IMG/VR virus record: IMGVR_UViG_3300027769_000037
Coordinates: 1-54,780 of that record
Reading direction: 5' to 3' (one strand)
Source of the DNA: a virus
Taxonomy: Duplodnaviria; Caudoviricetes
Length of the DNA stretch: 54,780 bases
Part shown: positions 8,200 through 18,348 of the stretch, one piece after another
Layout of the letters: each line of letters begins with the position of its first letter
How positions within the stretch are numbered: the first letter of the stretch is position 1
The notes under the pieces: generated by a model
Databases searched by the model: none
Seen by the model: only the letters and a program-made list of their open reading frames with translations
Told to the model about the DNA's origin: nothing
Position numbers and translations under genes: made by a program

Positions 8200-9315
8200 A
8201 TGAACATTGATAATCTGTCTAATGAAGAGCTGCTTCATCTGAAAAAAACACTTGAATATGATATTTCAAAATATCATAACTTTCAACTTGTTAGAAAAAT
8301 TCAATTAAACTCTGCTTACGGTGCAATCGGTAATGAATGGTTTAGATATTATTCTACCGAACTTGCTGAAGCTATCACCTTATCTGGGCAATTATCCATA
8401 CAATGGATTGGCCAGGAGTTGAATAAATATCTCAACAAAGTTATCAAATCAGATGGCGTTGATTATGTGATTGCATCTGACACTGATTCTGTATATCTTT
8501 GTCTTGATGAACTTGTTAAAAAAATATTTCCATCCAATACGGATAAGAAAACTATTGTTGATTTTCTAGACAAATCATCAAACGATTTAATACTACCATT
8601 TATTAAGAAAAAGTTTGAAGAACTTGCAGCAACCATGAATGCTTATGAAAATAAAATGCAGATGGGTAGAGAAATAATTGCAGATAAGGGTATATGGACT
8701 GCTAAAAAAAGATATATGCTGAATGTTTGGGATTCAGAAGGAGTGCGATACACTGAACCTAAATTAAAAATAATGGGTATAGAAACAACTAGAAGTTCTA
8801 CACCAAAGGTTGTAAGAGAAGAATTAGAGAATGTTATTGATATCATATTGAATCGTGACGAGGACTCTTTGATTTCATATGTTGAGGATTTTAAAAGTAG
8901 ATTTATGAAAATGCCAGCAGAATCTATAGCATTTCCTAGATCTGTGAATGGCATGGATAAATATTCAGATCCTTATCAAATATATAAAAAATCAACACCC
9001 ATTGCGGTTAAAGGAGCTTTGATATATAATCATCAAATCTCTAAACTTGGATTAGAGAAAAAATATAGATTGGTGGGTGAGGGTGAAAAAATTAAATATT
9101 TGCATTTAAAGAAACCAAATCCACTTGGTGGAATGAAGGGTGAAGATCAAGTTGTAGCTTTTCCTTCAACTCTTCCAAAAGAATTTAAGTTGGATGGATA
9201 TATTGATTTTAATATGCATTTTGAGAAATCATTTATAGATCCATTATCAACTATCGTGAATGCTATCGGTTGGCAATTAGAAAGAAAAACAACACTTGAG
9301 AGTTTATTTGAATGA
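8200..9315 (+). CDS. 43B: family B DNA polymerase, C-terminal subunit (gp43B: second fingers helix, motifs B/C, thumb, clamp-binding tail)
   Basis: KIQLNSAYGAIGN, ASDTDSVY, KKRY, KIMGIETTRSSTP, C-terminal TLESLF clamp motif. Start at 8194 or 8200. Confidence 0.93.
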   Translation: MNIDNLSNEELLHLKKTLEYDISKYHNFQLVRKIQLNSAYGAIGNEWFRYYSTELAEAITLSGQLSIQWIGQELNKYLNKVIKSDGVDYVIASDTDSVYLCLDELVKKIFPSNTDKKTIVDFLDKSSNDLILPFIKKKFEELAATMNAYENKMQMGREIIADKGIWTAKKRYMLNVWDSEGVRYTEPKLKIMGIETTRSSTPKVVREELENVIDIILNRDEDSLISYVEDFKSRFMKMPAESIAFPRSVNGMDKYSDPYQIYKKSTPIAVKGALIYNHQISKLGLEKKYRLVGEGEKIKYLHLKKPNPLGGMKGEDQVVAFPSTLPKEFKLDGYIDFNMHFEKSFIDPLSTIVNAIGWQLERKTTLESLFE

Positions 9316-9323
9316 GGTAAATT

Positions 9324-10367
9324 ATGTCTGATATTTTAAATTCATTGATTAAAGAATCTGGTAATAAGTATGCGTCTTTGGTTTCGAATGGTCTACCCGG
9401 TAGTGATGTAGAAAAATACATGGATACTGGATGCTATATCTTGAACGGTCTTCTATGTGGGGATATTTATGGAGGCATTCCTGATAATAAAATTATTGCA
9501 TTGGCGGGTGAACAGGCTACTGGAAAAACCTACATCACTATGGGGATTATTGCTAAGTTTTTGAATGATAATCCAGAAGCATTTGTTCTTTATTTTGATT
9601 CTGAACAAGCAGTAACTTCTGAAATGTTTAAGCGTCGAGGAATAGCCCCAGATCGCGTTGCAGTGTTTCCTGTTGGTACTGTGGAAGAGTTTCGCAAACA
9701 AGCAATAACGATTGTCGATAAGTATCTTGAACTTCCAAAAGAAAAACAAAAGAAAATGATGATTGTTCTAGATTCCCTTGGTATGTTATCAACATCAAAG
9801 GAGATGAATGACACTGCCGAAGGGAAGGAAGTTCGTGATATGACACGAGCTCAGGTCATTAAGGCTACTTTCCGTGTTCTCACAGTTAAACTTGGATTTG
9901 CAAAGATTCCAATGCTCCTTACGAATCACACATATGATGTTGTGGGTTCATATGTACCTACAAAAGAAATGGGCGGGGGGACGGGGTTGAAGTATGCCGC
10001 CTCCATCATTGTTTATCTTTCAAAGAAGAAAGACAAAGACTCATCTGGTGAGGTTGTTGGTAATATTATTCATTGCAAACTTTATAAAGGCAGATTTGCA
10101 AAAGAAAATCAGATGGTTGATGTTCGACTTAATTATGAAACTGGACTTGATCCATATTATGGTCTGATTGACTTAGCACTAAAACATGGTATACTTAGTA
10201 AGTCTGGAACTAGAATTGAATTTCCAAATGGAGTAAAGGTATTCGAAAAGAATGTCTATGAGGAACCTGAAAAATATTTTACTAATGATCTCATGGATAA
10301 GATTAATGAAGCTGCCTCAAAGGAATTTAAATATGGTTCTATAGAGGAAACTAATGACGAGCATTGA
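9324..10367 (+). CDS. uvsX: UvsX RecA-like recombinase
   Basis: Walker A AGEQATGKT, LDSLG, GGGTGLKYAAS. Confidence 0.93.
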   Translation: MSDILNSLIKESGNKYASLVSNGLPGSDVEKYMDTGCYILNGLLCGDIYGGIPDNKIIALAGEQATGKTYITMGIIAKFLNDNPEAFVLYFDSEQAVTSEMFKRRGIAPDRVAVFPVGTVEEFRKQAITIVDKYLELPKEKQKKMMIVLDSLGMLSTSKEMNDTAEGKEVRDMTRAQVIKATFRVLTVKLGFAKIPMLLTNHTYDVVGSYVPTKEMGGGTGLKYAASIIVYLSKKKDKDSSGEVVGNIIHCKLYKGRFAKENQMVDVRLNYETGLDPYYGLIDLALKHGILSKSGTRIEFPNGVKVFEKNVYEEPEKYFTNDLMDKINEAASKEFKYGSIEETNDEH

Positions 10368-11772
10368 AGAAATAATTTTACATAATCTAATTAAGAATGA
10401 TTCTTATTCCAGAAAGGTACTCCCGTTTATTCAACGGGAATACTTTATTAATAAGGCAGAGCGTTTAATTTTTGAAACGGCTCAAGAATATATTACCAAG
10501 TATGGAAATTTACCAACAAAAGAAGCATTAATTATCATATTGGATAAAAATAAAGGATTATCTGAAAAAGAAAATCAACAACTTTTATCCACACTAGATG
10601 ATGTGTGTAAAAATACAGATGCTTCTGATTTAGATTGGCTTGTTTCTGAAACAGAAAATTTTTGCAAAGAAAAAGCAGTATATAATGCTATAATGGAATC
10701 CATTAATATTATTGATGGAAAGTCTCAAAATACAAAAGGAGCTATTCCTGATATATTGAGCAAAGCATTAGCAATATCTTTTGATCCTAATATTGGACAT
10801 GATTATATTGAAGATTATTCAAAGCGATATGATTTTTATCATATCATTGAAAAGAAAATTCCATTTGATTTAGAATATTTTAATTCGATTACAAAAGATG
10901 GAATTACACCCAAAACTTTGAATGTGGTTATGGCAGGAACAGGTGTTGGTAAATCATTGTTTCTTTGTCATCATGCTGCATATTGTTTAAAGAATAATAT
11001 GAATGTTCTTTATATTACTTGTGAAATGGCAGAAGAGAAGATTGCAGAAAGAATAGACGCAAACTTATTAGATGTTAATCTTGATGATCTGCGTGACATG
11101 AGTAAGACAATTTACGAGAAAAAGATTCAATCTATTTCTTCAACTTCTACTGGTAAATTAATCATCAAAGAATATCCAACCGGAACACCAAATGCGAATC
11201 ATTTTAGATTTCTTTTGGATGAACTAAAACTTAAAAAGAAATTTAAACCTGATATTATTTTTGTAGATTATTTAAACATTTGTGCATCTTCTAGAATAAA
11301 AAAGGGAAAAGAAAATTCCTATGAATATGTTAAAGCAATTGCAGAAGAGATTAGAGGATTGGCTATTGAATATAATTTGCCAATTTTTACCGCTACACAG
11401 ACAAATCGTTCCGGTTATGGAAATACAGATGTTGACTTGGAGAATACTTCCGAATCATTTGGATTGCCTGCCACTTGTGATTTTATGTTTGCGTTGATTT
11501 CTACTGATGAATTAGATGAATTAAATCAAATACTTGTAAAACAACTCAAGAATCGGTATAATGATAAAGCAAAAAACAAAAAATTCATTGTAGGAATTGA
11601 TCGAGGAAGAATGAAATTATTTGATGTAAAGAAGGAAGATCAAGCTATTATTAATTCTGGTGAAAAGAAAATTCAACAATTTTTTGATCAAAAGACCGAA
11701 AAGACAGATAAAAAGCAAGTTGATGGGTGGAACAATCTTAAAAAGAAAAATTTTGATGATTGGAATATTTGA
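10354..11772 (+). CDS. 41: gp41 replicative DnaB-like helicase
   Basis: AGTGVGKS, CEMAEE, IKEYP, VDYL, TATQTNR, SESFGLPAT, KQLKNRY. Confidence 0.93.
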   Translation: MTSIEEIILHNLIKNDSYSRKVLPFIQREYFINKAERLIFETAQEYITKYGNLPTKEALIIILDKNKGLSEKENQQLLSTLDDVCKNTDASDLDWLVSETENFCKEKAVYNAIMESINIIDGKSQNTKGAIPDILSKALAISFDPNIGHDYIEDYSKRYDFYHIIEKKIPFDLEYFNSITKDGITPKTLNVVMAGTGVGKSLFLCHHAAYCLKNNMNVLYITCEMAEEKIAERIDANLLDVNLDDLRDMSKTIYEKKIQSISSTSTGKLIIKEYPTGTPNANHFRFLLDELKLKKKFKPDIIFVDYLNICASSRIKKGKENSYEYVKAIAEEIRGLAIEYNLPIFTATQTNRSGYGNTDVDLENTSESFGLPATCDFMFALISTDELDELNQILVKQLKNRYNDKAKNKKFIVGIDRGRMKLFDVKKEDQAIINSGEKKIQQFFDQKTEKTDKKQVDGWNNLKKKNFDDWNI

Positions 11773-12785
11773 TGTCATCTTACATTGATAAAAAATATAT
11801 AAACCTTATGTCTACATCATTGCAGAGATTTAAATGGACTAGAGATAATTTAGCTAATTGTCGTTGTCCTTTGTGTGGTGATTCTGACAAAAGTAAAATA
11901 AAAGCCAGAGGTTATTTTTACAAAAAAGGTAATGATTTTTTTTATAGATGTCATAACTGCGGTATAGGTCATAACATTTATAATATGTTGGATCGTGTTC
12001 TTCCAAATTTATGCAAGCAGTATGCACTAGAAAGATATACTGTTGGTGAAGATGGAAATTCTAATTATAAAAAACTGACTGAAGATGAATTATATCCATT
12101 TAAAACAAAAATTGAATTTGATGTCATAAAACATTATACTAAGATAGAAGATCTACACGATAGTCATAAGTGCATTCGATATTTAAACAAAAGAAATATT
12201 GCTAAAAATCGTTGGATAGATTTTGGTTATACAACTGATTTTTGTGAATTTGCTAAACAATTTGATGAAGAATATAATCTCGCAAAAGAAGAACGATTAA
12301 TCATCTTTATTCGGGATGAAACTGGTAATATTGTTGGCGCTCAAGGTAGATCTTTTATTGATAACAAAAATATTCCAAAGTATATAACAGTAAGAAAAAA
12401 GGACAACTCAAAACTCTTATTTGGTATTGATAAAATTAAAAAAGATTTACCGATGACTGTGGTTGAAGGTCCAATTGATAGCTTGTTTATACCAAATTGT
12501 GTTGCATGTTTAGGATTGAGTAAATTTAATGATATTGCCGATGAATATCCAGATGCAATATTTATTGTGGATAATGAACCAAGAAATAAAGAAGTTGTAT
12601 TAACTATTGAACAACTTATTGATAAAAATGTAAAAGTCTGTGTATATCCACATAACATTCAAGGTAAAGATATTAATGATATGTGTAAAATATACGGTAA
12701 AAAAAATGTGTTAAAAGTTATATCTGAAAATATTTTTAGCGGAGTTAAAGCAAAACTAATTTTAAATCATTGGAAAAAGATATGA
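11772..12785 (+). CDS. 61: gp61 DNA primase
   Basis: Zn ribbon CRCPLCGDS...CHNC, TOPRIM VEGPIDSLF, DNEPRN, KDIND. ATG at 11772 preferred. Confidence 0.92.
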   Translation: MSSYIDKKYINLMSTSLQRFKWTRDNLANCRCPLCGDSDKSKIKARGYFYKKGNDFFYRCHNCGIGHNIYNMLDRVLPNLCKQYALERYTVGEDGNSNYKKLTEDELYPFKTKIEFDVIKHYTKIEDLHDSHKCIRYLNKRNIAKNRWIDFGYTTDFCEFAKQFDEEYNLAKEERLIIFIRDETGNIVGAQGRSFIDNKNIPKYITVRKKDNSKLLFGIDKIKKDLPMTVVEGPIDSLFIPNCVACLGLSKFNDIADEYPDAIFIVDNEPRNKEVVLTIEQLIDKNVKVCVYPHNIQGKDINDMCKIYGKKNVLKVISENIFSGVKAKLILNHWKKI

Positions 12786-13519
12786 ATAAAGTAGAAGTTC
12801 TTGATAAGGGATTTGTTTCATATATTTCTCATATGGGAAATGATCTTACTGTTGTTAATGCAGCTAGAGTTTCTTTTAATAAAGAAAGTCAATATGAAAA
12901 AAGTTATAATGATAATTTTGGAGAAGATGATGAGCATATTTCATATGAAGAAGTTTTATCATCGCGTGATAAAAAATTAATAAAATATCTTGCCGAGCAT
13001 AAACATTGGACGCCATTTGCCCATCCGCAAATTACCTTAAGAATTAAGGCTCCGATATTTATTCGAACGCAATTATTTAAACATAAAGTTGGATTCACTG
13101 AAAATGAGATATCACGACGCTATGTAACTTTTGATGCAGAAGTCTATAAACCCGTCTGGAGGGATGCCCCGACTGATGGTGCGAAGCAAGGTTCCAGTGG
13201 TTTCAGCATCTATAATAAAACTGCGGATGATGTATTTGATTCAAGTATAGAAAAATGCTTAAAGGCATATAAAAATTTATTAACTTTGGGAATTGCCCCT
13301 GAGCAAGCTAGATCAGTATTGCCACAGGGAACATATACTGAGTGGTGGTGGACTGGATCTCTTTCTGCCTATGCCAGAGTTTATCAACAAAGAATAGAAT
13401 CTCATGCACAATGGGAAATCCAAGAATACGCAAAAGCAATTTCAAAAATAATAGAACCACTATACCCAGAATCTTGGAGTGTTCTGACAAATAGCATAAA
13501 TAAAAGACAGCCGGAATAA
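12782..13519 (+). CDS. thyX: flavin-dependent thymidylate synthase
   Basis: VNAARVSF, HWTPF, (K)H(K)-x7-SRRY, EQARSVLP, HAQWEI. Confidence 0.93.
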   Translation: MNKVEVLDKGFVSYISHMGNDLTVVNAARVSFNKESQYEKSYNDNFGEDDEHISYEEVLSSRDKKLIKYLAEHKHWTPFAHPQITLRIKAPIFIRTQLFKHKVGFTENEISRRYVTFDAEVYKPVWRDAPTDGAKQGSSGFSIYNKTADDVFDSSIEKCLKAYKNLLTLGIAPEQARSVLPQGTYTEWWWTGSLSAYARVYQQRIESHAQWEIQEYAKAISKIIEPLYPESWSVLTNSINKRQPE

Positions 13520-13529
13520 AGGAGATATT

Positions 13530-15473
13530 ATGAGTGATGATGTAAACCTTCCAACTCCATATCAACAATTTATTCATCTTTCTCGTTATAGTAGATGGAT
13601 GGAAAGTGATAAAAGAAGAGAAACATGGGAAGAAACCGTAAATCGTTATTTTGATTTTTTTGAAAAGCATTTAAATAGTAATAAAAATTACAAACTGCAA
13701 CCAGAAATTAGAAAAGAGTTACAAAATGCAGTTTTAAATCTAGAAATTATGCCTTCTATGCGTGCATTGATGACCGCAGGTGAAGCATTAGAACGAGATA
13801 ATATTGCTGGATATAATTGTTCATATGTTGCAATAAATAATATTCGTTCATTCGATGAGATACTTTATATATTAATGTGTGGAACTGGTGTGGGATTTAG
13901 TGTTGAGCGTCAATATGTTGAAAAACTTCCTACAATCTCTGAACAATTCACTAATTCTGAAACCGTTATTGCTGTACAGGACAGCAAGATTGGTTGGGCT
14001 AAAGCATATAGAGAACTCGTATCCCTTCTTGTTGGAGGTCAGATTCCAAAATGGGATATGTCTAAAGTTCGTCCTGCTGGAGCTAGACTTAAAACCTTTG
14101 GAGGTCGCGCTTCGGGGCCAAGACCTCTCAACGATCTCTTTCAGTTCACCGTGGAAACTTTTACAAGAGCGGCAGGAAGAAAACTTACTTCCATCGAATG
14201 TCATGATATTGTTTGTAAGGTCGCGGAGATTGTCGTTGTCGGAGGCGTTAGACGCTCTGCACTTATTAGCCTATCCAACCTCACGGATGAAAGAATGCGA
14301 GAATCTAAAACAGGAGCTTGGTGGGAGTCTAACCCTCAACGAGCCTTGGCAAATAATTCAGTTGCTTATAAGGAAAAGCCAGAAATTGGAACTTTTATGG
14401 AAGAATGGATCTCTCTCTACAAAAGTAAAAGTGGAGAACGAGGCATTTTTAACCGTGAAGCGTGCAAAAAAACTGTCGCAAAATTAGGAGATAGAAGAAA
14501 TCCAAATCATGAATGGGGAACGAATCCGTGTTCAGAAATTATTCTACGCGATAAAGAATTTTGCAACCTTACTGAAGTTGTAGTAAGACCAGAAGATACA
14601 GTTGAAACACTTAAAAGAAAAATAAAATTAGCAACTATTCTTGGAACTTGGCAAGCATCTCTAACTTATTTTCCATATCTTTCATCAACATGGAAGAAGA
14701 ACTGTGAAGAAGAAGCACTCCTTGGTGTTTCTCTGACAGGTATTATGGATAATAAAATGATGCAAAATTCTTTACCAAATCTAGAAACTACATTACCGGA
14801 AATTTTAACTGCTCTCAAACAAGAAGCAATTAATACAAATAAAGAATGGGCAAATAAGATTGGTATCAATCCATCTGCTTCAATCACATGTATAAAACCA
14901 TCAGGCACAGTTTCACAACTAACTGATGCAGCATCTGGTATTCATCCAAGACACAATGAGTATTATATTCGTACAGTTCGTGCGGATCGAAAAGATCCAT
15001 TATGTCAAATGATGGTTGATATGGGATTTCCACATGAACCGTGTGTAATGAAACCAGACCATACTATGGTATTTTCATTTCCAATGAAAGCTGAAGGGTC
15101 TGTTACCCGAAACGATATGACCGCAATTCAGCATCTTGAACTTTGGCTCACCTATCAGAGATATTGGTGTGAACATAAACCATCAATTACGATTACTGTA
15201 AAAGAGCACGAATGGATGGAAGTTGGTGCATGGGTTTATAAACATTTTGATGAGATATCTGGTATCTCATTTTTACCACACTCAGATCACAGTTATAGAC
15301 AAGCGCCTTATCAAGACTGCTCCAAAGATCAATATCTAGAAGAATTAAATAAAATGCCAAAAAATATTGATTGGTCTAATTTATCTAATTACGAAAAGGA
15401 AGATAAAACATCAGGAACCCAAACATTTGCATGTACTGGTGACAAGTGCGAATTGGTAGATCTAACAACTTAA
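13530..15473 (+). CDS. nrdJ: ribonucleotide reductase, class II (AdoCbl-dependent) type
   Basis: GYNCSY, GTGVGFS, GGVRRSA, TNPCSEI, FCNL, TCIKPSGT, C-terminal CxxxxC; no nrdB nearby. Confidence 0.85.
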   Translation: MSDDVNLPTPYQQFIHLSRYSRWMESDKRRETWEETVNRYFDFFEKHLNSNKNYKLQPEIRKELQNAVLNLEIMPSMRALMTAGEALERDNIAGYNCSYVAINNIRSFDEILYILMCGTGVGFSVERQYVEKLPTISEQFTNSETVIAVQDSKIGWAKAYRELVSLLVGGQIPKWDMSKVRPAGARLKTFGGRASGPRPLNDLFQFTVETFTRAAGRKLTSIECHDIVCKVAEIVVVGGVRRSALISLSNLTDERMRESKTGAWWESNPQRALANNSVAYKEKPEIGTFMEEWISLYKSKSGERGIFNREACKKTVAKLGDRRNPNHEWGTNPCSEIILRDKEFCNLTEVVVRPEDTVETLKRKIKLATILGTWQASLTYFPYLSSTWKKNCEEEALLGVSLTGIMDNKMMQNSLPNLETTLPEILTALKQEAINTNKEWANKIGINPSASITCIKPSGTVSQLTDAASGIHPRHNEYYIRTVRADRKDPLCQMMVDMGFPHEPCVMKPDHTMVFSFPMKAEGSVTRNDMTAIQHLELWLTYQRYWCEHKPSITITVKEHEWMEVGAWVYKHFDEISGISFLPHSDHSYRQAPYQDCSKDQYLEELNKMPKNIDWSNLSNYEKEDKTSGTQTFACTGDKCELVDLTT

Positions 15474-15505
15474 ATATATCTTAATAATTAAAGTAGTAAT
15501 TATAC

Positions 15506-15533
15506 AATAATCTCCTTTTTTGAGGAGATTATT
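15506..15533. terminator. hairpin terminator after nrdJ
   Basis: AATAATCTCCT-TTTTTG-AGGAGATTATT; TATAAATA late-type motif follows at about 15538. Confidence 0.65.
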
Positions 15534-15560
15534 TGTTTATAAATACAACGGAGATTGTCT

Positions 15561-16610
15561 ATGTCTAGTCACAAAAGAAAAGTCCTTTTCATTATCAAAC
15601 AAAGATTTTGTTATGGACAAAAAACCAAAGCATATGGTTTATACAATTCATGTGATTTTGTTTCTAGAAAATTAAAAGAATTCGGGATTGAATCTAAAGT
15701 TGTTCAAGTTATTGACAATAATTGTATAGATCGTGAAGTTTCTCTATTTAAGCCAACAGATGTATTCATTGAAGCATTGTGGGTTGTACCTGATAAATTT
15801 AAAATCTTATCGGGACTACACAAAGATGTAAGATGGCATATAAGATTACACTCTAAAACTCCATTTATGGCTACAGAAGGAATAGCTTTTGAGTGGATTA
15901 GTGAATACATGAAACTGAGAAACTATGGAATTGATATTAATATAAGTGCTAATAGTGAAGATTTATATGACGATTTAAAAACTGTTTTTGACTATGGAGT
16001 AAATTTCACTCCAAATATTTACTATCCAACTAAGCAACAGTTTTTGCAAACATTTAATGAATATAGAGATTGTGAAAATGAAATACATATTGGTCTATTT
16101 GGAGCACTAAGACCATTAAAAAATCATTTAAAACAAGCCATATGGGCTATAGAATATGGTAAAAAACTAAATAAACCAGTAGTTGTTCATATAAACGCAT
16201 CTGAACATGAGACAAAAAATCCATCTACTGCCTCTGTATTAAAAAACATAAAAAGTTTATTTAAAACCACACACGATAGGTTAATAGAACATCCTTGGTT
16301 ACCTCATGAGGATTTTCTTAAATTGGTTAAGAAAATGGATATTGGAATGCAAGTTTCATTTTCTGAAACTTTTAACATAACCGCAGCTGATTTTGTTTAT
16401 ATGGGTGTACCGATTGTAGTTTCAGATGAAGTGAGATTTGTAAATCCATTGTCTAGAATAAATAATTTTAGTAATAATGATGAAGTTATTGAGACTATGG
16501 AATTATCAACATCATTCGTTTCCGGTGGATTAAATATGATGAATAAGTATCTATTGAATCGTAATAATCAAAAATCAATAGAAAAATGGAAAGATCTTTT
16601 GATAGCATAA
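15561..16610 (+). CDS. GT-B (GT4-like) glycosyltransferase
   Basis: GLFGALRPLKNH and SFSETFNITAAD..GVPIVVS resemble the GT4 C-terminal signature. Confidence 0.65.
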   Translation: MSSHKRKVLFIIKQRFCYGQKTKAYGLYNSCDFVSRKLKEFGIESKVVQVIDNNCIDREVSLFKPTDVFIEALWVVPDKFKILSGLHKDVRWHIRLHSKTPFMATEGIAFEWISEYMKLRNYGIDINISANSEDLYDDLKTVFDYGVNFTPNIYYPTKQQFLQTFNEYRDCENEIHIGLFGALRPLKNHLKQAIWAIEYGKKLNKPVVVHINASEHETKNPSTASVLKNIKSLFKTTHDRLIEHPWLPHEDFLKLVKKMDIGMQVSFSETFNITAADFVYMGVPIVVSDEVRFVNPLSRINNFSNNDEVIETMELSTSFVSGGLNMMNKYLLNRNNQKSIEKWKDLLIA

Positions 16611-16620
16611 GGAGAATAAT

Positions 16621-17958
16621 ATGAGAACAATTCTATTTTTTGTATTAAATTTACTTTTTAGCATGTCAGTTTTTGCTCAAGCAAACAACAATCCAGATAC
16701 CAAAATCCGAGTAAAGGTTGGTGATATTTATTCTAGCACCGTTGGTCAAAACAATTTAGTTGCTTTAAATGAACCATTTAGTTTTAATCTTGTAATTGGC
16801 GGCGAAGGAGCCGAGCAACGATTAGAATATGCAGATGTAATTGTATCTTGGGATCCAACCAAGTTTGAGTATGTTTCTAGTTTTCCTGCACTGGATGCAA
16901 GAATCAGCCAGACAACTCCAACCTTATCGCCATCTTCAGTTGCCAATGGAGTAAATGATTCACTTACTGATGGAAATGCCATGTTCCGTATTCAGAAAAG
17001 TGCAACATGGAATGGTACATATCCAGCATATCAATGCATTGCATTAGCTGCATCTGAATATACAAACGGCTGGGGAAACAGTATGCACAAGATCAATATG
17101 AAGTGCATTTCCAATTTCATTCAACAAACCACCCAGATTCAGATTCTACCATCTATTCAGATTCCAGGATATCCCACAGCTTTCACCAAGGTCTATGGAT
17201 ATCTTAATCCAGCAACAGATGTAACTGGGGGATTGGTTAATAGAACTGTAACTGGGTCTACAGCCAATACATGGAAGCTTGATCTATCCTGCATTGCTCC
17301 AGAAACACAAGTAGGACTTGGAGATTCTATTTCCATTCCTTTGCAAGTTTCTCCCCAAACCTTTGCTCAAAGGTATGTGGTCGCAGATATTGCTTTTACA
17401 TGGAATCCAAACCACCTACGACTTACTGGAATTGATCTTGTAAACAATAATCCAAATGTATGGGATGGAGCTTCTGGATTTCCAGGAGCCAATAACGAAC
17501 CAGATAGTGTTTGTTGTGATCTCTCTGGAACTAATGAGGTTATTCCACCACAAGATGGAACAGGATTGCTGTTTATCTATGGATTTTTAGGTGGTAATTT
17601 TATGGTTACTCAGCCAGAAACACTTGTTAATCTAAACTTTGATGTAGTTGGATTATTCAATACTACACAAGTAACTACTGTTTCTCAATTGCAGGGTTTA
17701 ATTGGTACGCAGAAAACTGAAATCTATGGATCAAATACTCCAGGAATGAAAGTTACGGGAAATCATTATGCTGCTGTAATTACTGGATCTACACGATTGG
17801 GTGATTTTAATAATAATGGGTCAGTCGGATCAGAGGATCTTTCTGTTCTACTGAGCAGTTGGGGTCAAGTCTCATTTGGAAACAATCCAGTAGATTTAAA
17901 TGGCAATGGTGTAGTAGATGCACCAGATCTTTCAATACTTGTATCAAATTGGGGTTAA
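16621..17958 (+). CDS. secreted protein with two cohesin-like domains and a C-terminal dockerin
   Basis: Signal peptide ending VFA-QA; paired DVIVSWDPTKF / DIAFTWNPNHL repeats; GDFNNNGSVGSEDLSVLLSSWG / DLNGNGVVDAPDLSILVSNWG. Confidence 0.75.
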   Translation: MRTILFFVLNLLFSMSVFAQANNNPDTKIRVKVGDIYSSTVGQNNLVALNEPFSFNLVIGGEGAEQRLEYADVIVSWDPTKFEYVSSFPALDARISQTTPTLSPSSVANGVNDSLTDGNAMFRIQKSATWNGTYPAYQCIALAASEYTNGWGNSMHKINMKCISNFIQQTTQIQILPSIQIPGYPTAFTKVYGYLNPATDVTGGLVNRTVTGSTANTWKLDLSCIAPETQVGLGDSISIPLQVSPQTFAQRYVVADIAFTWNPNHLRLTGIDLVNNNPNVWDGASGFPGANNEPDSVCCDLSGTNEVIPPQDGTGLLFIYGFLGGNFMVTQPETLVNLNFDVVGLFNTTQVTTVSQLQGLIGTQKTEIYGSNTPGMKVTGNHYAAVITGSTRLGDFNNNGSVGSEDLSVLLSSWGQVSFGNNPVDLNGNGVVDAPDLSILVSNWG

Positions 17959-17961
17959 TTT

Positions 17962-18348
17962 ATGTATGAATATAATGTGAAGGAGTTTATTAAATTCATA
18001 GACGGAGATACAGTTGACATTGTATTAGATCTTGGATTTGGCGTTTATAGAAGAGAGAGAATTAGATTAAATAGAATCAATACACCAGAGTTAAATAGTA
18101 AAAATGAATTGGAAAAAAAGTTAGCACTAGAAGCAAAAGAATATGTTTCTATATGGTTAGTGAATCAAAAACAAGTAAAAATAAAGACATTTAAAGACGA
18201 CAAGTATGGAAGATTACTTGGTGAATTTTATGGAGATAATGATATCTGTTTGAATGATCATTTAATTGATAAGGGTTATGCTTGGGAATATTTTGGAGAT
18301 GTAAAAAATACAGATTTAAATATTCTTATTGAGAGAAGGAAAATTTGA
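17962..18348 (+). CDS. thermonuclease (SNase) family
   Basis: IDGDTV, RIRL..INTPE, DKYGRLLG, GYAWEY. Confidence 0.9.
   Translation: MYEYNVKEFIKFIDGDTVDIVLDLGFGVYRRERIRLNRINTPELNSKNELEKKLALEAKEYVSIWLVNQKQVKIKTFKDDKYGRLLGEFYGDNDICLNDHLIDKGYAWEYFGDVKNTDLNILIERRKI

Noticed and set aside
4700-8300. Split intein or group I intron in gene 43
   Set aside because: No intein terminal residues or blocks at either junction. The insert holds independent genes, tRNAs, promoters and a terminator rather than a ribozyme core.
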